64,000 nucleotides of DNA from the NCBI GenBank assembly GCA_965249725.1, contig OZ252251.1, forward strand, positions 256,001-320,000. Reading direction: 5' to 3'. This DNA is from Longimicrobiales bacterium (GTDB taxonomy: Bacteria > Gemmatimonadota > Gemmatimonadetes > Longimicrobiales > Gaopeijiaceae). How positions within the stretch are numbered: the stretch's first letter is position 1; every line of letters starts with the position of its first letter. Below the pieces are notes generated by a model, which saw only the letters and a list, made by a program, of their open reading frames with translations, did not search any database and had not been told where the DNA came from. Shown here piece after piece: positions 18,017 through 27,882 of this stretch. Made by a program: the position numbers and the translations under genes.

Positions 18017-19705
18017 CTAACGACCGACGGCCATCCCGTCCTTTCTGGGATCGGAGCCTGCCGCCCACCCCCGCTCGAGTTTGATGATGGCCTGGGATCC
18101 GCCGAACGACCCGCCACCCTGAACGGAGAGCTCGTGACCCAGTGCCTCTAGCCCGGCTCGAGTGTCCTCCGTGATCGGACTCTCGATCGCGACGCTATAT
18201 CCCGACAGGTGACGGAAGCGTGGAGCATCGATCGCGTCCTGGAGGTCCATGCCAAAGACCAGGAGGTTCAGCAGCAGTTGCGTGTGACCCTGGGGCTGCA
18301 TCGCTCCGCCCATGAGACCGAACGTCATCCAGGGAGCGCCTGCCTTCGTGACGAAGCCGGGAATCAGCGTATGGAAGGGCCGTTTACTTGGCCCGGCCTG
18401 GTTTGGATGTCCGTCCTCCAGCGTGAAGCCGCCTCCGCGGTTCTGGAGCGCGAACCCGGTGCCGGGAACCACCACCCCCGAGCCGAAGGCCGAGTAGTTG
18501 CTGTTGATGAATGAGATCATGTTCCCGTCGGAATCGGTGGCCGACAGGTAGATGGTCTCCGTATCCGTAACAGCGGGCCCCGGCTGGACCCTCTCAGTCG
18601 CCCGGTCCGGGTCGATGAGGGCCCGACGGGCCGTCAGGTAGTCGTCATCCAGGAGCTTCTCCACCGGCACGTCCATGTGGTCCCGGTCTGCCACGTACCG
18701 CGCCAGATCCGCGAACGCGAGTTTCTTGGCTTCGATCAGGTGATGCAGGTAGGGGGCGGAGTTGTGGCCCATGCCCTCGAGGTCCAGCGGCTCCATCATC
18801 TTCATCATCTGTAGCACCGCCACACCCTGCCCCGCCGGGGGGAGCTCCCAGATCGTGTAGCCACGGAAGTCGATCGAGATGGGATCGACCCAGACCGCCT
18901 CATGGTTGCGAAGATCCTCGAGTGTCAGGTAGCCCCCGAGGTCGGCGAGACCATCGACGACGGTCCGGCCCAACTCGCCTCCGTAGAACGCATCGGGGCC
19001 CTGATCCGCGAGTATGCGGAAACTGTTGGCGAGGTCGGGATTCCTGAACCAATCACCGGCCTGAGGTCCCTTTCCTGCGTCATTGAGGTATGTGGCCCGG
19101 GCGCCCTCGTTCCGGGCGAGCTTCTCCTCCTCGGCGCGCCACTGTGCGGCGATGATTGATGTGACCGGAAAGCCCTCTTCTGCGATCCGAATCGCGGGAG
19201 CCAGCACTTCGGCCAGGGACATGGTGCCGTACCGCTCCAGGAGCGCGACCCATCCGGAGATGGCTCCCGGTACGGTCACCGCTTCGGCCCCGCTCCCGGG
19301 CATCCGTTCGTGCCCTTTGGCGCGAAGCGCCTCGGGGGTGAGGAGCGAGCCGGATCGTCCGCTCGCGTCCAAGCCCACGAGTTCCTGATCTCTCGCCGAC
19401 CACAAGATGGCGAACATGTCGCCGCCGATTCCGGTCATGTGGGGCTCGGTCAGGTTGAGGACCGCCGCTGCCGCCACGGCCGCGTCGACCGCGTTCCCAC
19501 CCTGCTGCAGGATCTCCAGCCCCGCACCACTCGCCAGCGGCTGACTGGTGGCGATGGCCGCTGTTGGTGCGTAGACGGTGGATCTGCCAGCCATGCTGTT
19601 CGGGCTCACCTGGGCGTACGCCGAACCCGCGAGCACGAGGGCCGCGAGGCACCCGGCGCCGAGCGCGACGGACCCCCCGCCGAGCACTTGTCGGACACGG
19701 GACAT
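18017..19705 (-). CDS. ggt: Gamma-glutamyltransferase
   Basis: Signal peptide, GGNAVDAA, GIGGDMF, autoproteolytic Thr (ETIY), QNRG, KRPFHTLIP, MGGAMQPQG, SDPRKDG. Confidence 0.92.
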   Translation of the reverse strand: MSRVRQVLGGGSVALGAGCLAALVLAGSAYAQVSPNSMAGRSTVYAPTAAIATSQPLASGAGLEILQQGGNAVDAAVAAAAVLNLTEPHMTGIGGDMFAILWSARDQELVGLDASGRSGSLLTPEALRAKGHERMPGSGAEAVTVPGAISGWVALLERYGTMSLAEVLAPAIRIAEEGFPVTSIIAAQWRAEEEKLARNEGARATYLNDAGKGPQAGDWFRNPDLANSFRILADQGPDAFYGGELGRTVVDGLADLGGYLTLEDLRNHEAVWVDPISIDFRGYTIWELPPAGQGVAVLQMMKMMEPLDLEGMGHNSAPYLHHLIEAKKLAFADLARYVADRDHMDVPVEKLLDDDYLTARRALIDPDRATERVQPGPAVTDTETIYLSATDSDGNMISFINSNYSAFGSGVVVPGTGFALQNRGGGFTLEDGHPNQAGPSKRPFHTLIPGFVTKAGAPWMTFGLMGGAMQPQGHTQLLLNLLVFGMDLQDAIDAPRFRHLSGYSVAIESPITEDTRAGLEALGHELSVQGGGSFGGSQAIIKLERGWAAGSDPRKDGMAVGR

Positions 19706-19750
19706 ATGCTTGACTCCTTGATCATGGCGTGGGATGGCAAGGTCTGACCC

Positions 19751-20371
19751 TCAGCTCGGCAGACCCGGCTCGAGGATCTCGACTTCTCCACTGAACAGCT
19801 CCTTGAGCCGCTCCGCGTCCTCTCTCGTACCGACCGGTCCACCCCAGTGGACCGGGATCACGAGCTGAGCCTTGCAGGCCTCGGCTGCCCGGGCCGCGTC
19901 CTCCGGACCCATCGTGTAGTGGCCCTCACACGGAAGGAAGGCCACGTCGCACCGGATCTGGTTCATGGCGTCGAGATAGTCGGTGTCTCCGGAGTGGTAG
20001 TACGTAATGCCCTCGACGGTGAACACGTATCCAAGCCAGGCGCTCTCAGCGGGGTGGAACTTCTTGCCACGGTTATACGCCGGTACGGCCAGGATCTCGA
20101 TGCCGTCCAGGTGAATCATGTCGCCGGGGCGCATGAGATGGTCCACATCCGCGAGCTGCTTTCGCATGGATGCCGGTGCAACGACGATGGTGTCGGGCCC
20201 TCGCACACGTGCGATATCGTCTTCGGAGAAATTGTCGAAGTGGGGATGGGTGACGAGGATGTAGTCCGCACTACTCTCTTCAGAAATCCCCCAGGGATCG
20301 ACGTGCAACTCGATCCCGCCCCGGCGAATCCGAACCGACGATTGCCTGAACCAGGTGATGCCTTCGAGCAT
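19751..20371 (-). CDS. MBL-fold metallo-hydrolase
   Basis: VDPW, THPHFDN, VPAYN, YHSGDT, IPVHW. Confidence 0.85.
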   Translation of the reverse strand: MLEGITWFRQSSVRIRRGGIELHVDPWGISEESSADYILVTHPHFDNFSEDDIARVRGPDTIVVAPASMRKQLADVDHLMRPGDMIHLDGIEILAVPAYNRGKKFHPAESAWLGYVFTVEGITYYHSGDTDYLDAMNQIRCDVAFLPCEGHYTMGPEDAARAAEACKAQLVIPVHWGGPVGTREDAERLKELFSGEVEILEPGLPS

Positions 20372-20495
20372 TGCTGAGACCCGGAAGAAGAGCGTGACTT
20401 GGCGGGTGGGAGAAGCTAAGCGCTCAAATGGTGCCAAAAAAGGCCGTCATTATGACAGGTAGACTGCAACTCCGGCATGTTTTCGAGCGCAGGGT

Positions 20496-20512
20496 CTGGC
20501 AGGATTCATGCA
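20496..20512 (+). promoter_or_regulatory. Putative sigma54 -24/-12 promoter upstream of lon
   Basis: CTGGCAGGATTCATGCA has GG-N10-GC spacing and lies about 50 bp before the lon ATG. Confidence 0.45.
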
Positions 20513-20563
20513 AGGGCGGTCAATTCCGGAGTTGGTTCGGGTTTCAAGTCGAAATGAGGAATC

Positions 20564-23257
20564 ATGGGTGAGCGATACACACTTCCGGTCCTGCCGCTGC
20601 GCGACACGGTGGTCTATCCCGGAGTAGCGGTTCCGATCTCCGCAGGACGCGCCGGTACGGTGGAGGCGGTGCAAGATGCTCTCGACGGCGACCGCCGACT
20701 GTTCGCGGTAGCTCAGCGTGAGAACGTGGACGACCCCGTCCCCGATGTGCTCTATACCGTCGGAACGGTTGTGCGGATCATCCAGACCCACAGGGTGCGC
20801 GGCGGCGTGCAGCTGCTCGTGCAGGGTGAGGGTCGAGCGCAGGCCATCTCCTACCAGTCCGATGGTGAGGAGATGCTTCGGGCCGTTCTTCTGGAGATGG
20901 ACCGGCAAGAGGCCACCGACGCCGAGGACCCGGCCTTCTTGGCGCTCAACCAAGAACTGCGGGAGCGTGCGGCCGAGCTCGGGACCCGGCGTGGAGTGCC
21001 GGCCGAGGCGCTCAATCAGCTCATCCAAGGAGTCGACGAGCCGGGTGCCTTTGCCGATCTGGTGGCCTTCTATCTAGAGCTGCCGACCGAGGACAAGCAG
21101 GCCCTGCTCGAGACGCTGGACGACGAGGAGCGCATGCGTGCCGCCCTGGTTGCGGTGGAGCGAGAGTTGGCGCGACTGGACGCTCAGGAGGAGATCCAGG
21201 CGAAAGTCCAGGAGGAACTGGGCGAGCGGCAGCGCGAGATGTTGCTGAGAGAGCAGCTCAAGCAGATCCAAAGGGAGCTCGGGGACGAGGATGAGCGGGA
21301 CGATGTCGAGGAGCTTCGGGAGCGCGTCGAGGCCCTCGAGCTGAATGAGGAGCAGCTCGCCGAGGTGGAGCGCGAGCTGAGAAGGCTGGAGCGGACGAGT
21401 CCCCAGTCGGCCGAGTATCAGGTCATCCGGACCTTCTTGGAGTGGGTGACGGAGCTGCCGTGGAACGTCCGATCGGAAGACAAGATCGACCTTACGCTGT
21501 CCGAGGAGATTCTCGAGGAGGACCACTACGGACTCGAAGACGTAAAGGACCGGGTCCTGGAGTTCCTGGCCGTTCGCAAGCTGCAGCTCGAGCGCTTCGA
21601 AGAGGATGCGGCCGAGGAGGCAGCGGTGACGGCGGAGGCCGAGGCGGCCAAGGCCGAAGCGGTTGAAACCGATGTCGGCGAGAACGATGTCGCCGTTCCC
21701 GACAGCGATGTCGAGGCTGCGGACGGGTCCAACGGCGCTGCTGAGCCGGTCGAGGAAGACGCGGAGCCCGTCACCGACACGGGCCCTGTGGGGGGTCGAG
21801 GACCGATTCTCCTGTTCGTAGGTCCTCCCGGTGTCGGTAAGACCAGCATCGCCCAGTCGATCGCTCGTTCCTTGGGACGGGAGTACGTACGGATATCGCT
21901 GGGTGGCGCTCGGGACGAGGCGGATATCCGTGGTCACCGGCGGACCTACGTCGGTGCCATGCCCGGCCGGATTATCCAGGGCATGCGACAGGCGAAGTCG
22001 AAGAACCCCGTCTTCCTCCTGGATGAGGTGGACAAGCTGGGGGTGTCGTTTCAGGGAGACCCCAGCTCCGCCCTCCTCGAGGTGCTGGATCCGGCTCAGA
22101 ACTCGAGCTTCACCGACCATTACTTAGGGATTCCGTTCGATCTCTCCGAGGTGCTGTTCGTCGCCACCGCCAACTACGCGGACCGGATTCCGGCTCCTCT
22201 CTATGATCGCATGGAGAAAGTCGACTTCTCCGGGTACACCGAGGCCGAGAAGCTCGAGATTGCCAAGCGCTATCTGCTGCCTCGTCAGGAAACGGAGAAC
22301 GGCCTGAGGGAAGGTGAGCTGCTGCTGGACGACACTGTCGTCTTGGCGGTCATTCAGGAGTACACTCGCGAGGCGGGTGTGCGGCAGTTGGAAAGGGTGC
22401 TGGGCAAGCTCGGTCGCAAGGTGGCCCGGAAGATCGCCGCCGGTGAGGTGGAGAGCCTTGACGTGACGCGAGACGTCATTCGCGAACTGATCGGGCGACC
22501 CCGGGTGCATCCCGAGCAGATGGCCGCCGACGACGCGGTGGGGGTGGCAACCGGCATGTTCTATACGCCCATGGGCGGGGACATCATGTTCGTGGAGGCC
22601 AGCGTGATGCCCGGCGAGGGTGGGTTAGTCCTCACCGGTCAACTCGGCGATGTGATGAAGGAGTCCGGCCGGGCTGCCTGGAGCTTCGCCAGGAGCAACT
22701 TCGAGCGCCTCGGCATCGCGGAGGACAGGCTCAAGGGCCGTGAGGTGCACATCCATGTGCCGGCCGGGGCGGTTCCCAAAGACGGGCCGTCCGCCGGGAT
22801 CACGATGGCGTGCGCGCTGGTGTCCGCGCTCTCGGGCGAGAAGGCCCGCAGCGACGTCGCCATGACCGGCGAGTTGACCCTCACTGGGCGTGTTCTGCCG
22901 ATCGGAGGGGTCAAGGAGAAACTGCTCGGCGCCATCCGGGCGGGGATCAGCGAGATCATTCTGCCGGCTGACAACGAGGCCGATCTGGACGACCTGCGAA
23001 CGGAGGTGAGGGAGAAGCTGACGATTCATCTGGTGGAGGATCTCGATGAGGTGATCGCCATCGCTCTGACCGATGCCGACAGCCCCTCGGCCAAGAAAGC
23101 CGCGAAGTCGGCTGGCAAGACGCCCGTGGCCAAGAAGCCGGCCGCAAGGAAGTCGACTGCCAAGGCGCCGACCACGAGGAAGCCGGTCGCCAAGAAGTCA
23201 GGTGCCAAGAAGCCGGCGGCGAAGAGGCGCCAGCCTAAGCCTCAGGCCAATACGTAG
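20564..23257 (+). CDS. lon: ATP-dependent Lon protease
   Basis: LPVLPLRD N-domain, DHYGL, GPPGVGKTS, LLDEVDK, PKDGPSAG (catalytic Ser), GGVKEK (catalytic Lys). Confidence 0.97.
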   Translation: MGERYTLPVLPLRDTVVYPGVAVPISAGRAGTVEAVQDALDGDRRLFAVAQRENVDDPVPDVLYTVGTVVRIIQTHRVRGGVQLLVQGEGRAQAISYQSDGEEMLRAVLLEMDRQEATDAEDPAFLALNQELRERAAELGTRRGVPAEALNQLIQGVDEPGAFADLVAFYLELPTEDKQALLETLDDEERMRAALVAVERELARLDAQEEIQAKVQEELGERQREMLLREQLKQIQRELGDEDERDDVEELRERVEALELNEEQLAEVERELRRLERTSPQSAEYQVIRTFLEWVTELPWNVRSEDKIDLTLSEEILEEDHYGLEDVKDRVLEFLAVRKLQLERFEEDAAEEAAVTAEAEAAKAEAVETDVGENDVAVPDSDVEAADGSNGAAEPVEEDAEPVTDTGPVGGRGPILLFVGPPGVGKTSIAQSIARSLGREYVRISLGGARDEADIRGHRRTYVGAMPGRIIQGMRQAKSKNPVFLLDEVDKLGVSFQGDPSSALLEVLDPAQNSSFTDHYLGIPFDLSEVLFVATANYADRIPAPLYDRMEKVDFSGYTEAEKLEIAKRYLLPRQETENGLREGELLLDDTVVLAVIQEYTREAGVRQLERVLGKLGRKVARKIAAGEVESLDVTRDVIRELIGRPRVHPEQMAADDAVGVATGMFYTPMGGDIMFVEASVMPGEGGLVLTGQLGDVMKESGRAAWSFARSNFERLGIAEDRLKGREVHIHVPAGAVPKDGPSAGITMACALVSALSGEKARSDVAMTGELTLTGRVLPIGGVKEKLLGAIRAGISEIILPADNEADLDDLRTEVREKLTIHLVEDLDEVIAIALTDADSPSAKKAAKSAGKTPVAKKPAARKSTAKAPTTRKPVAKKSGAKKPAAKRRQPKPQANT

Positions 23258-23275
23258 GGACTCTCGCTAGGAAGG

Positions 23276-24334
23276 CTAGAGGATCTTGATCGTTCCGGGT
23301 GCCCCTGCCGTGACACGGCCGATGACCGTGGCGGCGGGGGCATTTTTCGACAGGTCGTCTAGTAGCCTCTGAGCGCGATCCTGCGGTACCGAAATGAGCA
23401 TGCCACCCGACGTCTGGGCGTCGCTTAGCGTGAGGCGAAGCGCCTCGTCATGGCCCCCGAAATCGACGCGATCTCCCAGATCCTCCAGGTTGCGCCTCGT
23501 CCCGCTCGGAACGTGCCCGTCGGCGATGAGTCGCTCGACCCCCGGAAGGACCGGAACCGACGACGCGTCGATCTCGGCCGCTGCGCCGGACTGCGTGAGC
23601 ATGTTGGCGAGGTGCCCCAGCAGGCCGTAGCCGGACACGTCGGTCGCGGCCACGACACCGGCCTCGGCCATCGCCTCGGCTGCTTCGCGATTGAGAGTGG
23701 TCATGCTGGCCACTGCCGCGTTCACTTCATCGGGAGTGGCCGCCTCGGCCTTGATGGCGGTGGCGACGATGCCGGTACCAATGGGCTTGGTCAGCACGAT
23801 CGAGTCTCCGACTCGCGCCTTGGCGTTGGTCACCACGGCCTCCTCCCGGGCCTCACCCACCACGACCATGCCGTACTTCGGCTCGGGGTCGTCGACCGAG
23901 TGACCCCCCATTACGGGGATGCCCGCCTCGCGGGCGATGTCCGACCCTCCCCGGATGATCTCGTCCACGATGCCCTCGTTCAGGAGGTCCCGGGGGAAGG
24001 CGAGTAGGTTCAGCGCGAAGAGAGGACGGGCACCCATCGCGTAGATGTCCGACAGCGCGTTGGTCGCGGCGATCCTCCCGAAATCGTACGGGTCGTCGAC
24101 CAGGGGCGTGAAAAAGTCCAGTGTCACCACGAGGGCACGACCGTCGCCGAGTGAATACACGGCGGCGTCGTCGCTGGTGGAAGCGTCCACCAGCGCTTCA
24201 GCGCTCTCGATGGGGACCAGGTGACGCAGAACCTGCGCCAGCTCGGACATGCCGAGCTTACTGGCTCAGCCGGCTCCGTGAGCCAGTGTGGTCAGCCGGA
24301 TCCTGGGCCTTTCATCCCTGGGTTCGTCGGACAT
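23276..24334 (-). CDS. selD: Selenophosphate synthetase, selenocysteine-containing (UGA at 24268-24266)
   Basis: MSDEPRDERPRIRLTTLAHGAG-[TGA]-ASKLGMSEL continues in frame into DDAAVY, LDFFTP, NALSDIYAMG, GGHS, TDVSGYGL and DAQTSGG. The TGA sits at the catalytic Cys/Sec position. RBS GAGG lies before the ATG at 24334. Confidence 0.93.
24237..24265 (-). promoter_or_regulatory. SECIS-like hairpin immediately 3' of the selD UGA
   Basis: GCC-AGUA-AGCUCGG-CAUGU-CCGAGCU-GGC: a 7-bp upper stem with a 5-nt loop and a 3-bp lower stem. Confidence 0.7.
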
Positions 24335-24453
24335 ATGCCTCACGACATGGCATCCGCCGCGGCGGAGTCGGGTTTGACGGTGCGATCCACGGATCGATGA
24401 TGCGGCCAATGTAGACGGGGGCGCTTGCGCGGGAAACTCAGTAGATTCCTGCC

Positions 24454-25452
24454 ATGAGCGCTCCGACCCGATCCGCCCGAGGCCTTCTCCGAGAGGCCGT
24501 CCAGAAGTCGGAGCGTGATCTCGAGCTCGGACGGGCCGTCCTCTATATCGCCATGGAGGAGTATCCACAGCTTCCCGTCGAGCGCTACATGACGCGGCTC
24601 GATTCCCTCGCGGAGTCGGCGAAGGACAGACTCGATGACGAGACGGCGGGCCCGGTCGTACTGCGTGAGTTGATCCATACGCTCTATGAGCGTGAGGAAT
24701 TCCGTGGGAACAAGGACGCCTATCATGATCCCAGAAACTCGTATCTCAACGACGTATTGGATCGCCGAGTCGGTATTCCGCTGACTTTGGGAATCGTGCT
24801 TCTGGAGGTGGGATGGCGTCTGGGCCTGCCTCTGGAAGGCGTCAACTTTCCGGGTCGCTTCTTGGTCCGATACCGGGGCACCTCGGAGCACCTCCTCGTG
24901 GATCCGTTCGACAACGGGCGGATCCGGTTCGAGGACGAGGCCCAGGAGCTCCTGGATCAAGTGTACGGAGGCATGGTCCGGATGCAGGAGCAGTTCCTCA
25001 GGTCGGCGACTAAGCGGGACATGATCCAACGCCTTCTGGTCGACCTCAAGGGCCTTTATCTGAACGTACACGACGACGAACGGGCTCTGGCCGTCATCGA
25101 GCGGTTGTTGTTGTTGAGACCGGACTCCCCCGGTGAACGGCGGGACCGGGGCATGCTCCTCGTCAAGCTAGGTCGGGCGAGTGAGGCCAAGGCGCAGCTC
25201 GAGGAATACCTGGAGTACGCTCCCCAGGCCGCCGACGCGGCGCGCATTCGTTCGCTGGTGCGACGGTTGGAGAGAGACGGCGAGGCCGCCTCGCTCGCCG
25301 GGGGTGACGATGTGATCGATGACGTGGTAGGAGACTCGGCGGGAGGCTCGGCGGGAGACTCGGCGGGAGACTCGGCGGGAGGCTCGGCGGGAGGCTTGGC
25401 GGATGACGCGGGGGACGATTCGGTGGGCGACGCGATCGACGGCCAGGATTGA
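24454..25452 (+). CDS. SirB1-like transglutaminase-like domain plus TPR protein
   Basis: FRGNKDAYHDPRNSYLNDVLDRRVGIPLTL, GVNFPGRFL, VDPF, ERRDRG and TPR, followed by an acidic low-complexity tail. Confidence 0.88.
   Translation: MSAPTRSARGLLREAVQKSERDLELGRAVLYIAMEEYPQLPVERYMTRLDSLAESAKDRLDDETAGPVVLRELIHTLYEREEFRGNKDAYHDPRNSYLNDVLDRRVGIPLTLGIVLLEVGWRLGLPLEGVNFPGRFLVRYRGTSEHLLVDPFDNGRIRFEDEAQELLDQVYGGMVRMQEQFLRSATKRDMIQRLLVDLKGLYLNVHDDERALAVIERLLLLRPDSPGERRDRGMLLVKLGRASEAKAQLEEYLEYAPQAADAARIRSLVRRLERDGEAASLAGGDDVIDDVVGDSAGGSAGDSAGDSAGGSAGGLADDAGDDSVGDAIDGQD
25330..25401 (+). repeat. In-frame 12-bp tandem repeat x6 (GDSA/GGSA)
   Basis: GGAG[A/G]CTCGGCG repeated six times, the last unit degenerate. 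Confidence 0.9.
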
Positions 25453-25459
25453 ACGGCTG

Positions 25460-26575
25460 ATGGGCGGGCTTACACGTGAAGATCACGAACAGGCGGGTGC
25501 CCTGTTCGGTCGCGTCCGGGAGGCCGAGGTCGCACGTCACTATGGCGACCCCGCGTCCGAGTACTCCGCGGCGGCAAGCGCCGTGGCCGTGCGCGATCGC
25601 GGTCACAGGGCTCGCCTTCTGGTGACGGGACGGGCCCCCGTTGCCACCCTCACCGGGGTCCTCACCGGCCGGATGCCGACTCCACCGAGGCCTTCCGCGC
25701 AGGGGGACGTGAGGGGGAGTGCGGAGTATTCGGCCGTGTTGACGCCGAAGGGGCGAGTCATCGCGGACCTGCGTGCGATGTGGGGGCCGGACCCCGATGA
25801 AGAGAGTCTTTGGCTGGATGTTCCCGCACCGGCTCTGGGTCCACTTCTCGCTCACCTGAAGCGGTATGTGCCGCCGCGGCTGGCGGCGGTTGAAGACGTC
25901 TCCCCCGGCTCGGGGCTTCTCACCGTGATGGGACCGGAGGCGGCCACCGTGATCGTAGAGGTGGTGTTCGTCTCGGACGTCGATGCCGAGACCCTCCAGA
26001 GCCTCGAGGAGGGTGAGTATCTGGTAGGCCCGGAGGGAGAGCGGGTTGTGAGAAGCGGAGACGTGGACACTCCCGCATGGGACCTCGTCACTTCGGCCGA
26101 GGGGGCCATAGCACTGTGGGGGAAGCTCTTGGAGCGGGGGACCAAGCCCGTCGGCGTCGGCGTGTGGGACACGCTACGGGTAGAGGCTGGTCGACCCGCC
26201 TTCGGCCAGGACATGTCGGAATCGACCCTCTTTTCGGAGGTGGGTATCGTCGATCGGGCGGTGGACCACTCGAAGGGCTGCTATACGGGTCAGGAAGTCA
26301 TCGTCCGGATTCGTGACCGCGGTCACGTGAACAAGAGTCTTCGAGGCCTGAAGCTGGGTGACTCACCGGCGCCGGGGGCCGACTGCGAACTCTTTCTCGA
26401 GGGCGACGTTGTGGGACATGTCACCAGCGCCGTCGAATCACCCCGATCCCAAGGAGGCATCGCCCTCGCCTATGTTCGCCGAGAGGTGCCAGCGGGTGGT
26501 GTGGTCGAGGTGGGTGCGTCCGGGGGGACGAAGGCGACCGTGCGAGACCTGATGCCGGGGTGGGCCACGACCTAG
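25460..26575 (+). CDS. ygfZ: YgfZ/GcvT-family folate-binding protein
   Basis: LTPKGRV, LRVEAG and the signature KGCYTGQE. Confidence 0.85.
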   Translation: MGGLTREDHEQAGALFGRVREAEVARHYGDPASEYSAAASAVAVRDRGHRARLLVTGRAPVATLTGVLTGRMPTPPRPSAQGDVRGSAEYSAVLTPKGRVIADLRAMWGPDPDEESLWLDVPAPALGPLLAHLKRYVPPRLAAVEDVSPGSGLLTVMGPEAATVIVEVVFVSDVDAETLQSLEEGEYLVGPEGERVVRSGDVDTPAWDLVTSAEGAIALWGKLLERGTKPVGVGVWDTLRVEAGRPAFGQDMSESTLFSEVGIVDRAVDHSKGCYTGQEVIVRIRDRGHVNKSLRGLKLGDSPAPGADCELFLEGDVVGHVTSAVESPRSQGGIALAYVRREVPAGGVVEVGASGGTKATVRDLMPGWATT

Positions 26576-26600
26576 CTGCGGTGGCCTTCCGCTTTCGACC

Positions 26601-26995
26601 CTAGGCCGCCTCGATCCTCTCCAGCAGCGATCGTACGAGGGTTTCGATCTCGTCCCGGACCTGGTTGCAGTCGTCCGGTTCCATGTCCCTCGGGTCCGGA
26701 GGTCCCAGTCGTCGCGTTCGACGGCGGGCAGGAAGGGGCAAGCGTCGCCGCAGCCCATCGTGATCACGAAATCAAAAGGGCCCCTGGGGACTTCCGAGAC
26801 GGACTTGGATCGGTGGGTGGAGAGATCGTAACCCAGCTCGTCCATGGCACGGACGGCGCGCGGGTTTACCGTAGCTGACGGTCGTGACCCGGCCGAATAG
26901 GCCTCGAGAATCCCTCACCCTTGGATCCTGGCGAATCCCTCTGCCATTTGGCTCCGGTTCGAGTTTTCCGTGCACACGAACAGCACACTGGTCAT
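26601..26995 (-). pseudogene. arsC: ArsC/LMW-PTP family reductase, disrupted in this sequence (in-frame TGA at 26917-26915 and -1 frameshift near 26698)
   Basis: VLFVCTENSNRSQMAE, EAYSAGS and ITMGCGDACP. The C-terminus DPRDMEPDDCNQVRDEIE is in another frame, and the span of 395 nt is one short of a codon multiple. May be a sequencing artefact. Confidence 0.75.
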
Positions 26996-27222
26996 GCCGT
27001 CATCTCCTGGTCCTTGCCTACGCTGTGAGACTCGGGAACTGTGGGGCAACTCGCCCGATATTTGGTGTATCACAGCCGATCGGGCGAGCAGGGGATACCC
27101 TGAAGGCCCGTGAGGTTGCCGTTCGCGCGGCATTTGTGGGTAGATCCGACCTGCCGTCGCCGCTATTGTTTTCTGCTCTAGACGCAGGTCTTCACATGAT
27201 TTCTGTACTTAAGGAGTTGTCC

Positions 27223-27777
27223 ATGTTGCGCCGTGTGGCTCTTAGAAGAGGCTTTTTGGCCGTCGGTGTTACCGCCGTGGCCCTTATGGCCGGTGGTGGA
27301 TCGCTATCGGCTCAGGAGCCGGCTGCCACGAAGATGGCTGTCTTCAACGCCGACCGTATCATGGCCGAGTCCCTGGCCGGTCAGCAGGCACTCGCGCTGT
27401 TCAATCAGCTTCGCGACCAACGGGTGGGCGAATTGTCGACGCAGCAGGACGAGATCAACACCCTGCGGCAGCAGGGACTCGCGGCGGACCCCAACAGCGT
27501 AGAGGCGGCTCAGCTCGCTCGGCAGCTCGAGGACCGCATGCTCACGATGGATCGCCTCCAGCAGGATGTACAGCAGGAGCTGGGCAATCGGCAGAACGAG
27601 CTGACGGGTGGCATCACGCAACTCGTTGGAGAGATCATCGAGGAGATCGGGCTGGACTCGAGCTACTCCCTGATTTTCAACTCTGTCCAGAGTGGATTGG
27701 TGTTCGTGGATCCAGCCATGGACATCACGGATGAGATCATCCGACGTCTCGATGCGGCTGAGGCGGGCGACCGCTAA
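27223..27777 (+). CDS. OmpH/Skp family periplasmic chaperone
   Basis: Signal peptide, KMAVFNADRIMAES, Gln-rich coiled coil, FVDPAMDITDEII. RBS AAGGAG. Confidence 0.88.
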   Translation: MLRRVALRRGFLAVGVTAVALMAGGGSLSAQEPAATKMAVFNADRIMAESLAGQQALALFNQLRDQRVGELSTQQDEINTLRQQGLAADPNSVEAAQLARQLEDRMLTMDRLQQDVQQELGNRQNELTGGITQLVGEIIEEIGLDSSYSLIFNSVQSGLVFVDPAMDITDEIIRRLDAAEAGDR

Positions 27778-27804
27778 GGTCGGACCAAGCGGGGCCGAAG
27801 CGAA

Positions 27805-27839
27805 ACGAGGGGGATCGCCGCCAGGCTGATCCCCCTCGT
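27805..27839. terminator. Hairpin between convergent genes (probable bidirectional terminator)
   Basis: ACGAGGGGGATC...GATCCCCCTCGT, a 12-bp perfect stem. Confidence 0.7.
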
Positions 27840-27882
27840 CTTATGTGTGTGATTGCAGTTGGAGTCTCGGCTCCAACACAGG

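Noticed and set aside
25460..26575. gcvT completing the glycine cleavage system
   Set aside because: The KGCYTGQE signature marks YgfZ. A true gcvT is not in the window.
26915..26917. Second selenocysteine codon in arsC
   Set aside because: The position does not correspond to a conserved Cys, the downstream hairpin is weak, and the gene also has a frameshift.
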